This document shows, one piece after another, positions 36,914-50,119 of a stretch of 64,000 nt of DNA. A program made the position numbers and the translations under genes. Numbering within the stretch: position 1 is the stretch's first letter; each line of letters opens with the position of its first letter. The notes under the pieces were generated by a model. The model was given only the letters and a program-made list of their open reading frames with translations, did not search any database and was not told where the DNA came from. The DNA lies in the NCBI GenBank assembly GCA_051362555.1, contig CM120646.1, forward strand, positions 22,010,001-22,074,000. The letters run 5' to 3'. This DNA comes from Lingula anatina. Its lineage: Eukaryota > Animalia > Brachiopoda.

Positions 36914-38852
36914 ATGCGTTGTATTGTTCTTACTTTTATGTGTAGCATAACACTAATTGGTAAGTTATTCATTCATTTTATTTTAACTGCAGGGCATATT
37001 ATATAGAGTATGTGTTAGATGAATCTGTGATTGCGTTCTTTTATAAAGAAGTAGTTCCTAGTAAAATGGGAATAAAAGTTAAGTGTCGTGTTCTCTCTGT
37101 TTTATATTAAAAAAAAAACACAAAAGCAACTAGGATGAGATATTATGTTCATTGTAGTATTTTGTGTATATGTGTAGGCTGCTGACACAGTGAAGGTGTG
37201 ATTTGTGGTAAAAAAGATACTTTGATAAAAATTACCAGACATATTGGGCCAAGTAATGAATTTGATGTTACAGAGGGGCCAGTATATATGGAATGGGGCC
37301 ATCAATTCTGCAAAGCTTATAGTGAAAGAAATGACAGTTTTGTTTTGCCTGATGGCCGGTCGTCATAAATTTAACCTGCCTGAATTTGACTCCAACCTGT
37401 CCATTAAAACCATTTTGTCTATACATACCTGTCAGTTAACTTTGTAAATGTGTAAATTGATAGGTGTAATAAAGCATGCATTAACTACCAAGATGTCTTT
37501 AACTAAATGGGCACAGATTATGCACCCTAATTGGATTTATTCTCATGAAAGGTTCATTTTGCATAACTGTGAACTACTGAAATTCCATCTTTCACAGAAG
37601 TGTGCTTTAACATTGTTTCAATCATACTGTATATATTGGCATGGCTCTAGATGTGGGTCCTAGATGTGTTAGGAGGCTATCTTTCTTGTAAAATAATTTT
37701 TATTTTAATTTCCTATACTTTTGCAATAAAATCCGAATTTATATATATTTTCCGAGGGTCCATTACAAGCTGATGTCCTGTTTGTGTTTCAGGCTGCCAA
37801 ACATGGCTTGATGTGAACACACCTAAGATGACCCCTGTTGCAAATAAAGGAGATACTGGGACTCTGGAATGTGTTGTAAATACAAGCGGAACAGGTGCTA
37901 TTACAGTGATGTGGAACAAAAATCTTGGTGGAAGTGAAAAAACTTTGTATTCAATAGCCAAATGTGGTAATATACTTTATGGTTCTCCGAGTACAGAATA
38001 CGTTGGAAGAGTCAACCACACGGATACATCCCTTATAATTTTGAATGCAACCTCAGAGGATTCTGGAACTTATATCTGTAATGTTACTGTGTCTGGTATT
38101 GGAAATAAGAGTAGCTCGACTTATTTTCCAGTTAAAGGTAAGGACCAATAAACAGTGTTGGTGCCTTTCAGTAAAGTATGTATTCATAGAAAAGTTTCAA
38201 TGAAGTATGAATTAAAAAGTGAAAAGAGAAACTGAAAAACACCTTCAGTAGATATGACATCATGAAGCGTGGGTCTGACTTGGTCATGCTTACAGACGCG
38301 GATGCTATACTTGCAAATATATAGCCAAGCAGCTGTATGTCCAGACTATAGATTGAATACTTAACCTTTTAAAAATGCAAAAACAATTTTTGCTACAGGC
38401 ATCGTTTTCCTGAACCTAAATTCTTCAGGTTGTCAGTGTGATGAAAGGTGATTTTTTGTAAAAAGTGCATGTTATTATTTTGTATATTTGTTAAGTTAAT
38501 TGTATCACTTTCAGAAATATTCCCTGCATTAATGAACATATCTGTACCTGAGGGGAGATATCAACAAGGGCAAGTCATTTCTATCCTAGTGCAGTCAGGT
38601 TTTTGTCGTCCATATACAAACCACAGCTGTGAAATCCAAAGAACCAATGGGCAGCGCGAGGCACTAGTTTTGCAGAACCAAAGTCACTTTGATCAGTCTG
38701 GACGAAATCCTGACAACACACTTGATCCACTCTTCGGAAATACAGTTAGCTTCCTTCATTACACGGTGACAGAAAATGATGATGAGGCCATAATCACTTG
38801 TCAAACACAGGGTGATTGCATTGGTGAATCAATGGTTAGGCTTAATGTTTGA
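36914..38852 (+). CDS. Gene C: predicted secreted two-Ig-domain protein (SP + V-set + Ig-like, no TM)
   Basis: Exons 36914-36959 (MRCIVLTFMCSITLI|gtaagt), 37793-38137 (TLEC..VMWNK..GRV..TSLIILNATSEDSGTYIC), 38515-38852 (Ig-like, DDEAIITC, ends VRLNV-TGA). Confidence 0.75.
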
Positions 38853-39509
38853 AGTATAAATGTTTTACCGTCCGCCTGTTCCTCTATTAGATGCCCCCCA
38901 CCCCTACCCCCACCCCCACCCCCACAAAACTGATGTCTCTACACATAGCCGTCACCTTCGTCTGTTGTCAACGTGTACTTTAGTGATAACACGATAAGTG
39001 AAAGTACATTTTTGTAAACTTTTGCCTTCAAACTTACAGGTCGAGTTCAAAAATCAGCATAAATGGGCCATTTTTCTTTTTACTTTTTTTCAGCATACAG
39101 GGTATGTGCAACAGTGATAACGCATTTCAGGGAAAACCGATGGGCCTATTGTCTTGGAACTCACAGGATTGATCAATCTTACTGAAAGACATGTCTCGTT
39201 CGAAATTAGGTTGATCAGATCATTTTCTCAAAAGTTGTACTATTTTTTTTTTTTTTTTTTTTTTTTTTTGCTTTTTCAGAACATTTTACCCACTATTATA
39301 TAAATAGCATGAAATACGTGACATAATTTGCTTTGAAACTTGTATGACTGATTTATAGGACCAATATACAAATCAGGTATGGAAAATAATTTATTACTCA
39401 CAATAAAATAATTTATGTAGGATGAGATTACCAGTGCTAGCCAAGGTTCCCAGAGAGCTTGGCTCTTACCCTGTATAAAACAAGCTCCAGATGTTTCTTC
39501 CCTAATTTA

Positions 39510-39700
39510 AAACAGGATGTCTTCAGGCCAGGATACCGCACAGTGGACCACATTTTCATTTAAAAACCTTTAGTTAATAGATATGTAAACCAAAACAAAC
39601 GCCTCTACACATGTTTCGATGACTTAAAAAGCTTTTGACACCATTTAGTACAAAGGTCTAATGTACAAACTACTGAAACTACCGTACTAGGATTAAGAAT
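39510..39700 (+). mobile_element. Decayed LINE reverse-transcriptase fragment
   Basis: Translates with stops and frameshifts as FRPGYRTVDHIFI..NQNKRLYTCFDDL.KAFDTI..GLMYKLLK. Confidence 0.7.
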
Positions 39701-42700
39701 CTGTACATTTACCCTGTGGACCATTTGAAGATTACACTGCGATTAATGCGGTGGAAAATACAATAGAGAGAGTGTATAATGATAGGGTCGCTAAACGATT
39801 GTTGACGGCATATAGTAACTAGCCTAATCCCCTGGTCGCCTGGGTAGCCACGCCCCCTTAGAGTACTTATGTAAACAAACGGTCTCCCGTAGCGAACTAT
39901 CCTTTTGTTCAACAGCTTCGCGCGTGCAGCTGATTATGTATGTAGTGACACTATAGCTAACTGCATATAAATTTGTGCTATCTGTTATTTGATTCATTCT
40001 GCTGTGTCGGATGTTGTGGATCAGCCCACTGGTTCGTTGATGTTTTTCTGAAGATTGGTGGTGCAGATTTTGAGTGCTAAATTATTTACCCTCCTTCTAA
40101 CAAGAGAAAGGGGAAGGGAGATCAAAAGAGAGAGTGTCAAATGAAACGGGTAATGAGTAATACATTACATTAAATAAAGGGACTCGCGGTGGAAGAAACG
40201 ATAGACTGTTTTGCATCAAGGTATGCCATTATAACCCGACATGGCCCATAACATGATCCATAACATGACTCACTGTTGTATGCCTTATATTTGTGCCGAC
40301 TTATATTTTACTCTCGTTCATTTCGTGAAAATATTTCCTTGAATAAAGTTTTGCCTGTATAAATTAACTTTGTGACATGAAGTAATTAATAAAACGCGCC
40401 TGTTGAAAAGGGGGCTTTTCGTAACTAATAAAGGTTCACTATTCAGAAAAATATCGTCGCCGTTCGTCGCCGCTACCTTCAGGAAAGCGTACCCTCCGCG
40501 TGGATCACCGGCATTTTTGATTATCTGACAAATTAGGGCAATTTACGTTTTAGCTAATAATTCTGAATTTACTAATATTTTGGACTAAATTCGATGTCAG
40601 ATTCATAGCAATGACGGAGAGCCGACAGAGTAACTGTTTAATTTTCTAAACTAATCAAACTAGAACGCGTGGCGATAAAATGTGTCGCTAGATCTTGTAA
40701 ACACTCAGCGAAAAGCACCTAGTGACTATATTCAATGTGCCGTCACTTAATTGCTTTCTCGATTTCATTAATTGACGATAGTAATTGCAGATAACAAGGA
40801 AGAGGAAATGCTGAAGACAAAACAACGTCGGGTCTTTGTGTGACTTTCTCCCTAAACACTTTTTATGTTGCTGTCAAAGAAAAAGGAGTCTAGATAGCGA
40901 TTATTTAAACCACTGCTGCTGCTTTTGCAGGTAGACTTCCTCGTTTATCATTTAAATGCTCCCCTCCCCCAGCAGACCCAACTTGATGCATGTACGTCTT
41001 GGTAGCTATAGTACAGATCTTGGTTCAAGTAATGAAAGGTTTAAGCACAAAACGATAATTTGAGCCTATTTTTTCATTCTAGACAAAATTAAGTATCTAT
41101 GATGTGTGACAATAGGGACTTTACAAAGCTTAATTTGTCTTTAAATATATATTCCAGTAGCATAGGCGAGCGACGTAATTGTAACCTCAACTTGAGGTAT
41201 CCTCGATGAAAGCGGAGTACAAAAATTAACTTTTTTTAAATATCGATTACAACATGCTGTACAATGATATTGAGACTAAAGGGTTTAATGGATTTCTTTG
41301 CCTTAAAAGCAATTCATTTCAAAATTAAAAGAAACAGTTTTTTCGGGGAGCGCGGGTAGACAGTTTACGTCAGGTGATTCGTTAAAGTCGAGGAGTGTTT
41401 CACTATCAAATGTGTAAATCATATATGTCATAAAACAAATATAAGAAAGTTTTTTTGTTACGATCTGCAACATTTGTTCATTTATATAGCAGGGCGAAGT
41501 TAAAGCCAGAGGTAAATAGAACCTAATACCGTAATCCCTCTTCGTCCATTTATTTAAATCGTATCAAAACGTTTGATACACAATGTTCATTAAATTCATA
41601 ATTTTGGCGATTTATTAAAACCATATTGGTACATAAAAGTTTAAGTTTAGCATAAGTTAAGCAACAACCAGTATGAAGAACAACACCCTTTTTAAATGAG
41701 GCAAGACACCCACTTCACACTGATTATAACCTTGAGAAAGACATGCAACTTAAGGCAAAGGAGTTATGCAAAGTTCTTTCAACTCGTGTGTGAATACAAC
41801 ACATTCTTTGTCACTTTTACAAGACAATGGAGGCGAGCAAGTAGAGTCATTACAATATACAATAAAAAGGACATTAGTATAGAAAGCTTACTTCGGGTCA
41901 GCCCTTTGCTTGTTCGAATGAAAGAGATAGATATCGCGCCGCGACTCCCTTTATTAAACCTTCGTGTGTTTGTGTAAAAGTGTGAAAGACAGGCAACGGT
42001 CTTTAGTCGCTGTTGATATTGTTCGCGATTAATATTGAAGTATAACTCCTTCGCCTGCATGTAAACGTGTTACTTTTCCTCATGTTCTCTATATTTCTTT
42101 TAGGTGGTTGAGACAATGGGATGAGATCGATAAAAGTAAAGGTTAATCTAAACAATTAGATGTGATTATTGAGAAATGACTTAAGTGATGTGCATGTACC
42201 TACTAGTAGTATGTTTAAATTCTTGAATTTCTAATTTGTTAAATCTTTCATACACGGCCTCATATATGTATTACTCTCAGGTCTTCGATATTATTGTGTT
42301 ACACGGGACTCCTGGAAACCTGAAGCACAGGTCTACGGAGTCTTGTTATCCTTCATGCAGTTTTATGGCTGGGATGAACAGTGCGAAGTAGAAACAGGCT
42401 TTACTTAGCTTAACTTGATGCACGACAGTTTAAACAAAACCAGTCTGCAAGGCTTGCTTTGATTTGGCGTTAACCTTACACTGGTTTTAAAAGAACAAAT
42501 ATAAATATGTTCGATGGATTAAATGCCGGCTTCGTTATATTTTAACTAAATGCGTTCATTTGCACAGTTACACAGATAATATTTTTAAGTTGTCTGTCGT
42601 TCAGCACGCATTATAGGCGAGTAGCTAAATAGTGACGGTGATCAATCCAAGCTCAATCTTGGCAAGTATCGTTTACAAAATAGATCATGTTGAATAAACT

Positions 42701-43899
42701 TAATTACGCTTTAATAAATAATCAACACATGGTTCGGTTATTGTCACTTGAAAGCTTTCGATCAAAGACGTTCAATGAAATCACAAATCATTTGACGATT
42801 AAAAAATGGACATGTTCAAGGGGCAGTTTTTGTTTCAGCTAAAGGGACTTCAGGTTCAGGTAGAGGGTTCAGTTACGTGTTTCATCGGATGATAGCATCA
42901 CGCCCTAGGTCTAAGCGAGTTGAATAGAAGCTTTTTATCCAAACATCCTATTCCTAACTACTGAGTTAGGACAAAGGTCTAGTAACATGCACTGTGCAAT
43001 TACTATTAATGGATCAGATGCATACTTGATTGTTTTTCCTCTGGTGTCGCACGTATGCATCCTTTTTTGAGTGATCTAAAACAAGTCGCGAGTGTACCAT
43101 GTTTCTCACTGTAGCAAAATATGTTCGACATGGTGTTTCTGAACGGCAGCCGGAGACACAGTAATTGTATAGGCATGCTTTAAGCTTGTTCGAGAGATAA
43201 TAACAGTCGGGTTTAACAATAGATAGCGAGCTATGGTAAGACCCCCTCCTCTTTAACTGATGATTTACACTTTTAGTTGACCGTACTTTCGTATATTGTA
43301 TGATCATACAGCCAGACTTCCCCCTGTTGCACGTTGTAGTTGGATTGTCATTGCGCCTATGTCAATGCACCTCATTTAATTTCAATATTATAATATAAGC
43401 ATAATATAAGTAATATGTTATTTCCTTATTCCTCTTTCATTACCATTCATGTTTTATAAATATTTGAACGCTTGAATGCAGATATTTCAAATTAAAACGT
43501 AAGTACATAAATAAATTATACATTTATAAATTAATGCAATAGGAATTTTTTGAGACAGATTGATGCTGACGCTCATGCATTTCAACCAAACAAACAATAA
43601 TTAGTTCAATTTTTGACTGCGGAAATTTCATATAGGATGAAATAACTTATAACAAATTTAACTAGCAGTTTGTTAGCAACACTAAAAACCAGCTGCGCGT
43701 GCCAAACTAGTGAACAAAAGGACAGTTCGCTTCACGTGGCACGCCTTAGCATGGATTAAGCCTCTTCAAGCTATAATCCTATCGCCGCAACAAACAATAG
43801 GGACCTTCTGAAAATAGAAAATTGGACTAAAGCGATGGCGACATTTAGATAGAATTGTAGAATTCAACATTGACCTGATACATCTGACCTAGAAAAAGA

Positions 43900-44430
43900 A
43901 AATAACCTAAAAGGTGAAGGTCTCTTCTGGGAAGATTTGAGCAAGGAAAACTACAATAAACTGCGCACTTATAAAATACTAAAAAAACTCTTACGATCTT
44001 GAAACAATGCTTAAAAATTAGTGCCTCAAGCTCAGACAAAAAAATTCATTGCCAAAATGAGAATTAGTGACCATGAACTGGCGATAGAGAAAAACAGGCA
44101 CATGGAAATCCCTCTGGAAGAAAGAACGGCACACATTGTAAAACAGAATTCGAAGACGAGAAGTATTTCTTCCTCACTAGCAGCAAGTACCAAACAGAGC
44201 GACAAAGGATGCTCAATTCCCTCTCAAATACTGAGAGACAAAATTATGAATTAGCAGGCAGTGATCAGAAACTATTTATCCTCCTCAACCCTCAAGATCA
44301 TAAATCCCTTATGGCAATATCACATTATATTCAGTTAGCAGCACAATGGATAAGCACCCATCGTTTTATCTAATTATTACGAATGATCCTGCTTAATAAG
44401 GGCTCAAAGGTTTAATAAATTGTAATTGAA
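43900..44430 (+). mobile_element. Decayed LINE 3' end (ORF2 C-terminus and 3' UTR)
   Basis: KFIAKMRISDHELAIEKNRH..PLEER matches the minus-strand LINE C-terminus (EFIAKFRLSSHNLAVETGRY); ends GGGCTCAAAGGTTTAATAAATTGTAATTGAA. Confidence 0.75.
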
Positions 44431-44629
44431 TAATGTCAAGTGAGATCACAGTTACTGATGCTTTAATGGACATTTTATCCTTCATTTATATTTTTGATGT
44501 AAACATAATATAATAGTGTTAAAAGTAGCTTAGACATCGAGCAATGTTAAATTTTAACACTTAAGAGCTGAATAAATTATTATTATTATTATTATTATTG
44601 TTATTTGTTTTTCACACCTTTCAGCATAC

Positions 44630-44660
<31 letters not shown>

Positions 44661-44689
44661 CATAGTAATTACTTCCAAGCGCCACTTCA

Positions 44690-45847
44690 GTTTCAATTTA
44701 TTAAACCTTTAAGCCCTACGGCTCATCAGAATATAAAACAGTGACAATATAAAGTTATATCTAATCAACTACCATGACTACAATAACTACTACTGATACA
44801 AACAATAATAATAATAATAATAACAATAATAATAATTCATCAGATTGACATTAATCTTAGTTCCGATGCACATTTCAGGTATTTTCCCAAACTGTTTAAT
44901 TGTGATACATTGTTAAGTGATAGTAATTTAATTAATTTAAAGACACTTGGCTTTGTATAATAAAATTTCTTAATATATTTCTGCCTAAACGTATTGTAGT
45001 GAGGGCATTTAAGAATAAAATGAAATTCATCCTCTATATCGTTTAAATTACATAACTTACAGATGCTTAATTTCCTATTTGTGTCTGTGTATCGGCCAGT
45101 CTCTACAGCTAGATTATGTGATGAAAGCCTAAATTTTGCGATAAATTCCTTACTTTTCTGTGAAATTGGCTTATTCAAGTAAAATTGCACTGTGAAATTA
45201 TCGACAAGGTGTTGATACAGAAGCCCTTTAGTGGCTGTGAATATTTCTCCTGTCAGTACTTGTCTAAAATGATCCTTCAATCTTTGTTCTATCAAAGACA
45301 GTATACAAACATCCGACATGTTTTCAGAAAAAAAGTGAATGACAGACCAATTAATTCAAGGTCATTCTGTATACAATTTATCCACTCAAAATTATTGTAA
45401 AGGATATCTTTATAGCAGTTTTTTGAAGAGCGGATTTTCAGCCAATATTTAAAAATCTTAGTTTTCTACTTAAAATACATGTAAGTGGATATCGTCCGGT
45501 TTCATAATATACTAAGTTATTACTAGTGCTTCTTTTAACACCCAGCATTCTTTTCAAAAAATCAGTATGTACCTTTCTTATATCCTTTGCCTTATTAAAT
45601 CCCCATATTTCTGATGCATAATTTAAAATACTACCAACGTACTTATCAAATACTGCACACATTCTGCTAATAGCAAATAATGCTTTTTTACCCTGTTCTG
45701 CTATAGGTTTTTGGGTTTGACAAAACTTTCCATTAAAATTAAAAAGTAATCCGAGATAACTAAATTGATTCACCCTTTCTAAGACAACACCGTTATATTT
45801 CCATTTCTCTTCATCCCTTAACTTACCCCCATTTCTAAAGACCATTG

Positions 45848-45881
<34 letters not shown>

Positions 45882-48800
45882 ATTGACCGTTAAATTCCAC
45901 TTTTGTGAGTATAATATCCACCCTGAGCTTCAGAGATAACTTGACACTAACCTCTTCACAACAGCCTATCTTCATCGTGTCAAGTTACCTCTGACCACAT
46001 TCGATTGCCCCCGCCGCCCGCCAATCAAATTTTAAGCCCGCACTCAATGACTCATTGAACGATCTAGCCAATGAACGCGAACGAGTCAAAGCGCGCTTTG
46101 TTCAAATCCGGACCAATCAAAGATAAGGCTGAATATCAGGGACTTGCCGTAACCTGTGGGCAGCACGCAAAATACATCATCCCTCAGTAGATAATGATGA
46201 AGGGCCTCAAACTGCTCTGGTTTCAATTCCGATATACTCATATTTTGCAAAGAATCAAGAGATAACTTAACACATTAATTTACGTAGTCACTCGTAGGAG
46301 ACGCCATGCTTTCTTTGTGTACGGTTATGCACTCGGAACTACTCGGATGTCTCCGCACTCGACAATAACTTTGTTGTTAGTATGGAGCTTGCGGAATCAG
46401 CCGAGGATTACCGATTGACGGTCAACCAATCAGCGTTTTCACCAAACTTTGGTGAAAATTTTTGAAACTTGGATTCGATTGGCTTATATAAACTAGGTCA
46501 AACTATTTTCGTCAGAGGTAACTTGACACGATGAAGATAGGCTATAGTGAAGAGGTTAGTGTCAAGTTATCTCTGAAGCTCAGGGTGATAATATCAGAGT
46601 ATCCAAAATATTTTGTAGTCCTTGAGGAGTTTCCGAAAGAAGTACCGTATCATCTGCGTACATAAGTAAAAAAAGGTCCGTATTTCAATACTTTCACAGT
46701 TTTCCGATAAGCAAAAAGTTTCAAAATCATTAACATATAAAGAATAAAGTAGCTGGGACATAACCTCTCCTTGTAATAGACCGGTGTGTATTTGGAAGTA
46801 TTCAGATAGCTGACCTTTAAACTTAACACAAGCCTTTACATTGCTGTAAAGACTTTCTATAATTTTGAGCAATTTACCCTGGACACCGAGTTTATTTAAT
46901 TTCTTCCATAAACTTGAAACTTCCACAGAATCGAAAGCGGATTTATAATCCACAAACGCACAATATAATCTCTTCTTACTCCTTAAAGTACGATTTATCA
47001 CGTGCTGTAGCACAAAGATAGCAGCTACAGTACTATGTCCCGCTTTAAATCCAAATTGTGAGTCGGTTGTAACACTGTTAACCTTATCCCAAGCTTCTAA
47101 CCTTTTATTAAGTATGGAAGTAAACAGCTTGCCTAAACAACTAGTTATCGTAATTCCCCTATAATTACAAGGATCATCAACATTTCCCTTTTTATGTAAA
47201 GGTATAATACAACCCTTACACCAATTCTCTGGAAAGTGCCCCGAATCTAGTACAGAATTAAACAAAGTTTTTAACGCCGGTAGTAAAACATTTTTACAGT
47301 GTATAAAAATTTCGTTTATCATACAGTCCTCGGCACAGCTCTTGTTAGCTTTTAATTTTTTAATTGCGCCTATGATCTCACCGTCACTCACGGGACTATC
47401 TAATTCATTGAACAAGCTGTCTCAGTGTATAAGCCTACATTGGGGTCTACTTCGCGTATGTCACCATCTATTCCACCAGTCGTCGCGTTCTTATAATAAT
47501 CATAGAGTGTATCGATAGTAAGCTCCGAATTAACGTTTACACTCTTTTTGCGTGAGAACTGCTTATAAAAAACACGCGGATTGTGCTTTCTGGTATATTC
47601 TAACATATCACCTTCAAAGCGACTATATTTTCTTTTTAGCTGTTTGCAAATATTCTTACAACTTGATTTTTTGTCTAAGGATTTTATGCTTATCTGGTGT
47701 TTTTTTCCATTTTGAACTCATGTAGAGCGGTCTTATAGTCTTTAAGCTTTTCTTTACAATTTTCATCAAACCATGGTTTATCCAATTTTCTACTGGCAGT
47801 CTGTAAATATTTCTTCTCATACTGCTTTTTGGAGGTATGATTATCTACCTTGTTTACTTTGCAAAAATGCAACACAGTATCTCTTAACATGCTACTAAAT
47901 TCGTCTACCCGATTGTTTAGTTCTGCGGGGTCACTTATCTGAGCATCCACTGTATTACACAAACTGTCTATTCGATTCGCTAATGCATCATTTATCGACT
48001 TGGCGTTATTTTCTATCCATCTTACCGAAACACTAGTTCTAAGTTCCATGCCTGTCTTACGTTCATCATAATCTAAAAGAGCATTTTGTTTTAAAGGCCC
48101 ACAAAGCAGGACAAACGTGACTGGTGCATGATCTGAATGTGCCTGATGAAAACTTCACAATATTAGTGAATTTTAGTTTAGCCTAAGTGTCTGAAAAATG
48201 AAATAGTAGTGAAATTTAGATTCAGCTAGCAAATAGTCTATTGTGCTTAGCCCGTTTGAGTTACAACAGGTAAAACTCCCGGTTACGTCATCTCTATACC
48301 TGCCATTGACTATACTTATACCCACTGTCTTACAGAAGGAGTGTAATTTACGCCCAAATAGGTTAACCACATTGTCTGCATTTTTCCTCTCACATAACAT
48401 GTTATCCATCTTATAAGTCATTACCGGCATTAAAGTGTCCCGGTTCGTTTTATCTAAACAGTCGTTATTTATAAAATCATCAACATTGCTAGTCCGTGCA
48501 TTCAGGTCACCCGTTATAAACACATCTCCCTCCGTAATATATTTGCTATAAGACTCTTCTAAAGCTTGAAATATATCAACATCATTCGTTTTATAAAATA
48601 TACTATTTTCTGGTGGAAAGTAACATACTCCTATAAAGATTGGTATCGATGGTATAAATGTATTGCGTATGGGATCTATTCTTATCCATATAATACTATC
48701 ATAAATATCACTTACTATATGTACATATTTTCTAATTTTAGTTTTACAGAGGCTGGTTATTCCACCACCACGTAGATTCTTCCTTCGATACGAATGGCAA

Positions 48801-49054
48801 TCGTATCCCGCCAATACACTTGGCATATCATTGCTCAACCAACATTCGGTTAGAAAAATCATATCATACCCATTTATAATTTCTAAAAAATCAATATCAA
48901 GTATCTTGCGACTAAACCATTTTCCAACATTCCAGGAAATGAAACTTAGCTCCGAAACTTCACCTTTTTTTACCGAAGCTGAGCATTTATCTATGGTGGG
49001 CGAGGTTTCTACCTCCTCGCGTTCGACATCTGTGTTACACTCATTGTAGTCCAA
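44690..49054 (-). mobile_element. Non-LTR retrotransposon (L2/CR1-group LINE), near-complete ORF2 (APE endonuclease + RT) broken by frameshifts and an insertion
   Basis: APE motifs ISWNV, DMIFLTECW, GDLNAR, IDY (48173-49054); RT motifs NYRGITITSCLGKLF, QFGF, FVDYKSAFDSV, GLLQGEVMSQLLY, and YADD codons near 46650-46661; FSYLG; C-terminal CKLC..EDEFHFILKC; 3' end with AATAAA and simple repeats. Confidence 0.92.
45919..46587. mobile_element. 669-bp non-autonomous DNA transposon with about 76-bp TIRs and 8-bp TSD (hAT- or P-like), inserted in the LINE RT
   Basis: ATAATATC-CACCCTGAGCTTCAGAGATAACTTGACAC ... GTGTCAAGTTATCTCTGAAGCTCAGGGTG-ATAATATC. Confidence 0.93.
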
Positions 49055-50119
49055 AACTTGGCCGAAGGGCTGCCTGTCCTAGCGATTCATGGTTAATGGT
49101 GGTGAACTAGCAAGATTCCGGTATTGCCAGCTCGATCTTGATTTCATATATAACCGGCTCTAGTGACCAGCGGCCATGTTACACTTCCATCAATCAAATA
49201 GAACTGCTCCGCAGTGAATCTGAGATTGAATGTCATCAGACCAAAATGAAACGTAAAACAGATCTAATTCTGCTTTATTTAATTTTATTTGCTGTATTTA
49301 AGATGTAAAGTGAAAAAATAAATAAAATTCTTCGAACATAAAAGATATATCCAATGTTTTTGTATTTTTGGCTTATCAAAGAACATTTAGTCCTGAGATG
49401 TACACGTGCGCAATACACGTGCTTGCCATGTGCCAAATTTGACAGCTACACTGTATGCCCGATACCACTATAAGGGCTGCGCAATGGCTACACCAAAATT
49501 AGTTTTTAAAGCAGAATGTTGCTTCTATTGTGGCACTGACCTTCGACTGCAAGATATTTTCAATTCAAACTTCGTCAGGCACTTTGCTTCTTGTCTCGTC
49601 TGCACGAGATAACTTCAGCGCGAGACGGGAAAGGCAGCTCCAGGCGGCCAAACCTGTGACGTACGAGACTTATGACTTCCAAATATGGATCCAGGCGGAC
49701 ACAGCTGTGACGTGTGACTTCCAAATATGGAAGCGCCCCAGGCAAAATTTTGAAGAAGAACGCCCTCAGATTAATATTGATGCTGTTCGTCAGAGCTAGT
49801 AAAAGCGACTCCATCACAAGGTATATATTTAACAAGCTAGCTTTTACGTTGCTCTGACACTCAGGGTAATTCATGATGGCAGTGCACAAAACAGTTTTTT
49901 TTTTCAATCTTGATGCAATATTATGTATGATTTAACGATTAAGTGGAAAATCATCAAATTTAAATTATCTGCTTGCTTCATGCCCATGTGAGTTCCAAGT
50001 CCCACACTGAAAACACCATTACATGTATGTGAAAAATGACCATTTCTCAAAAACAGCATTACTTCCATCAAAAGAATCGAATCAGGCTATATTTCATCCT
50101 TTGAATCTTTCAATAAGAT

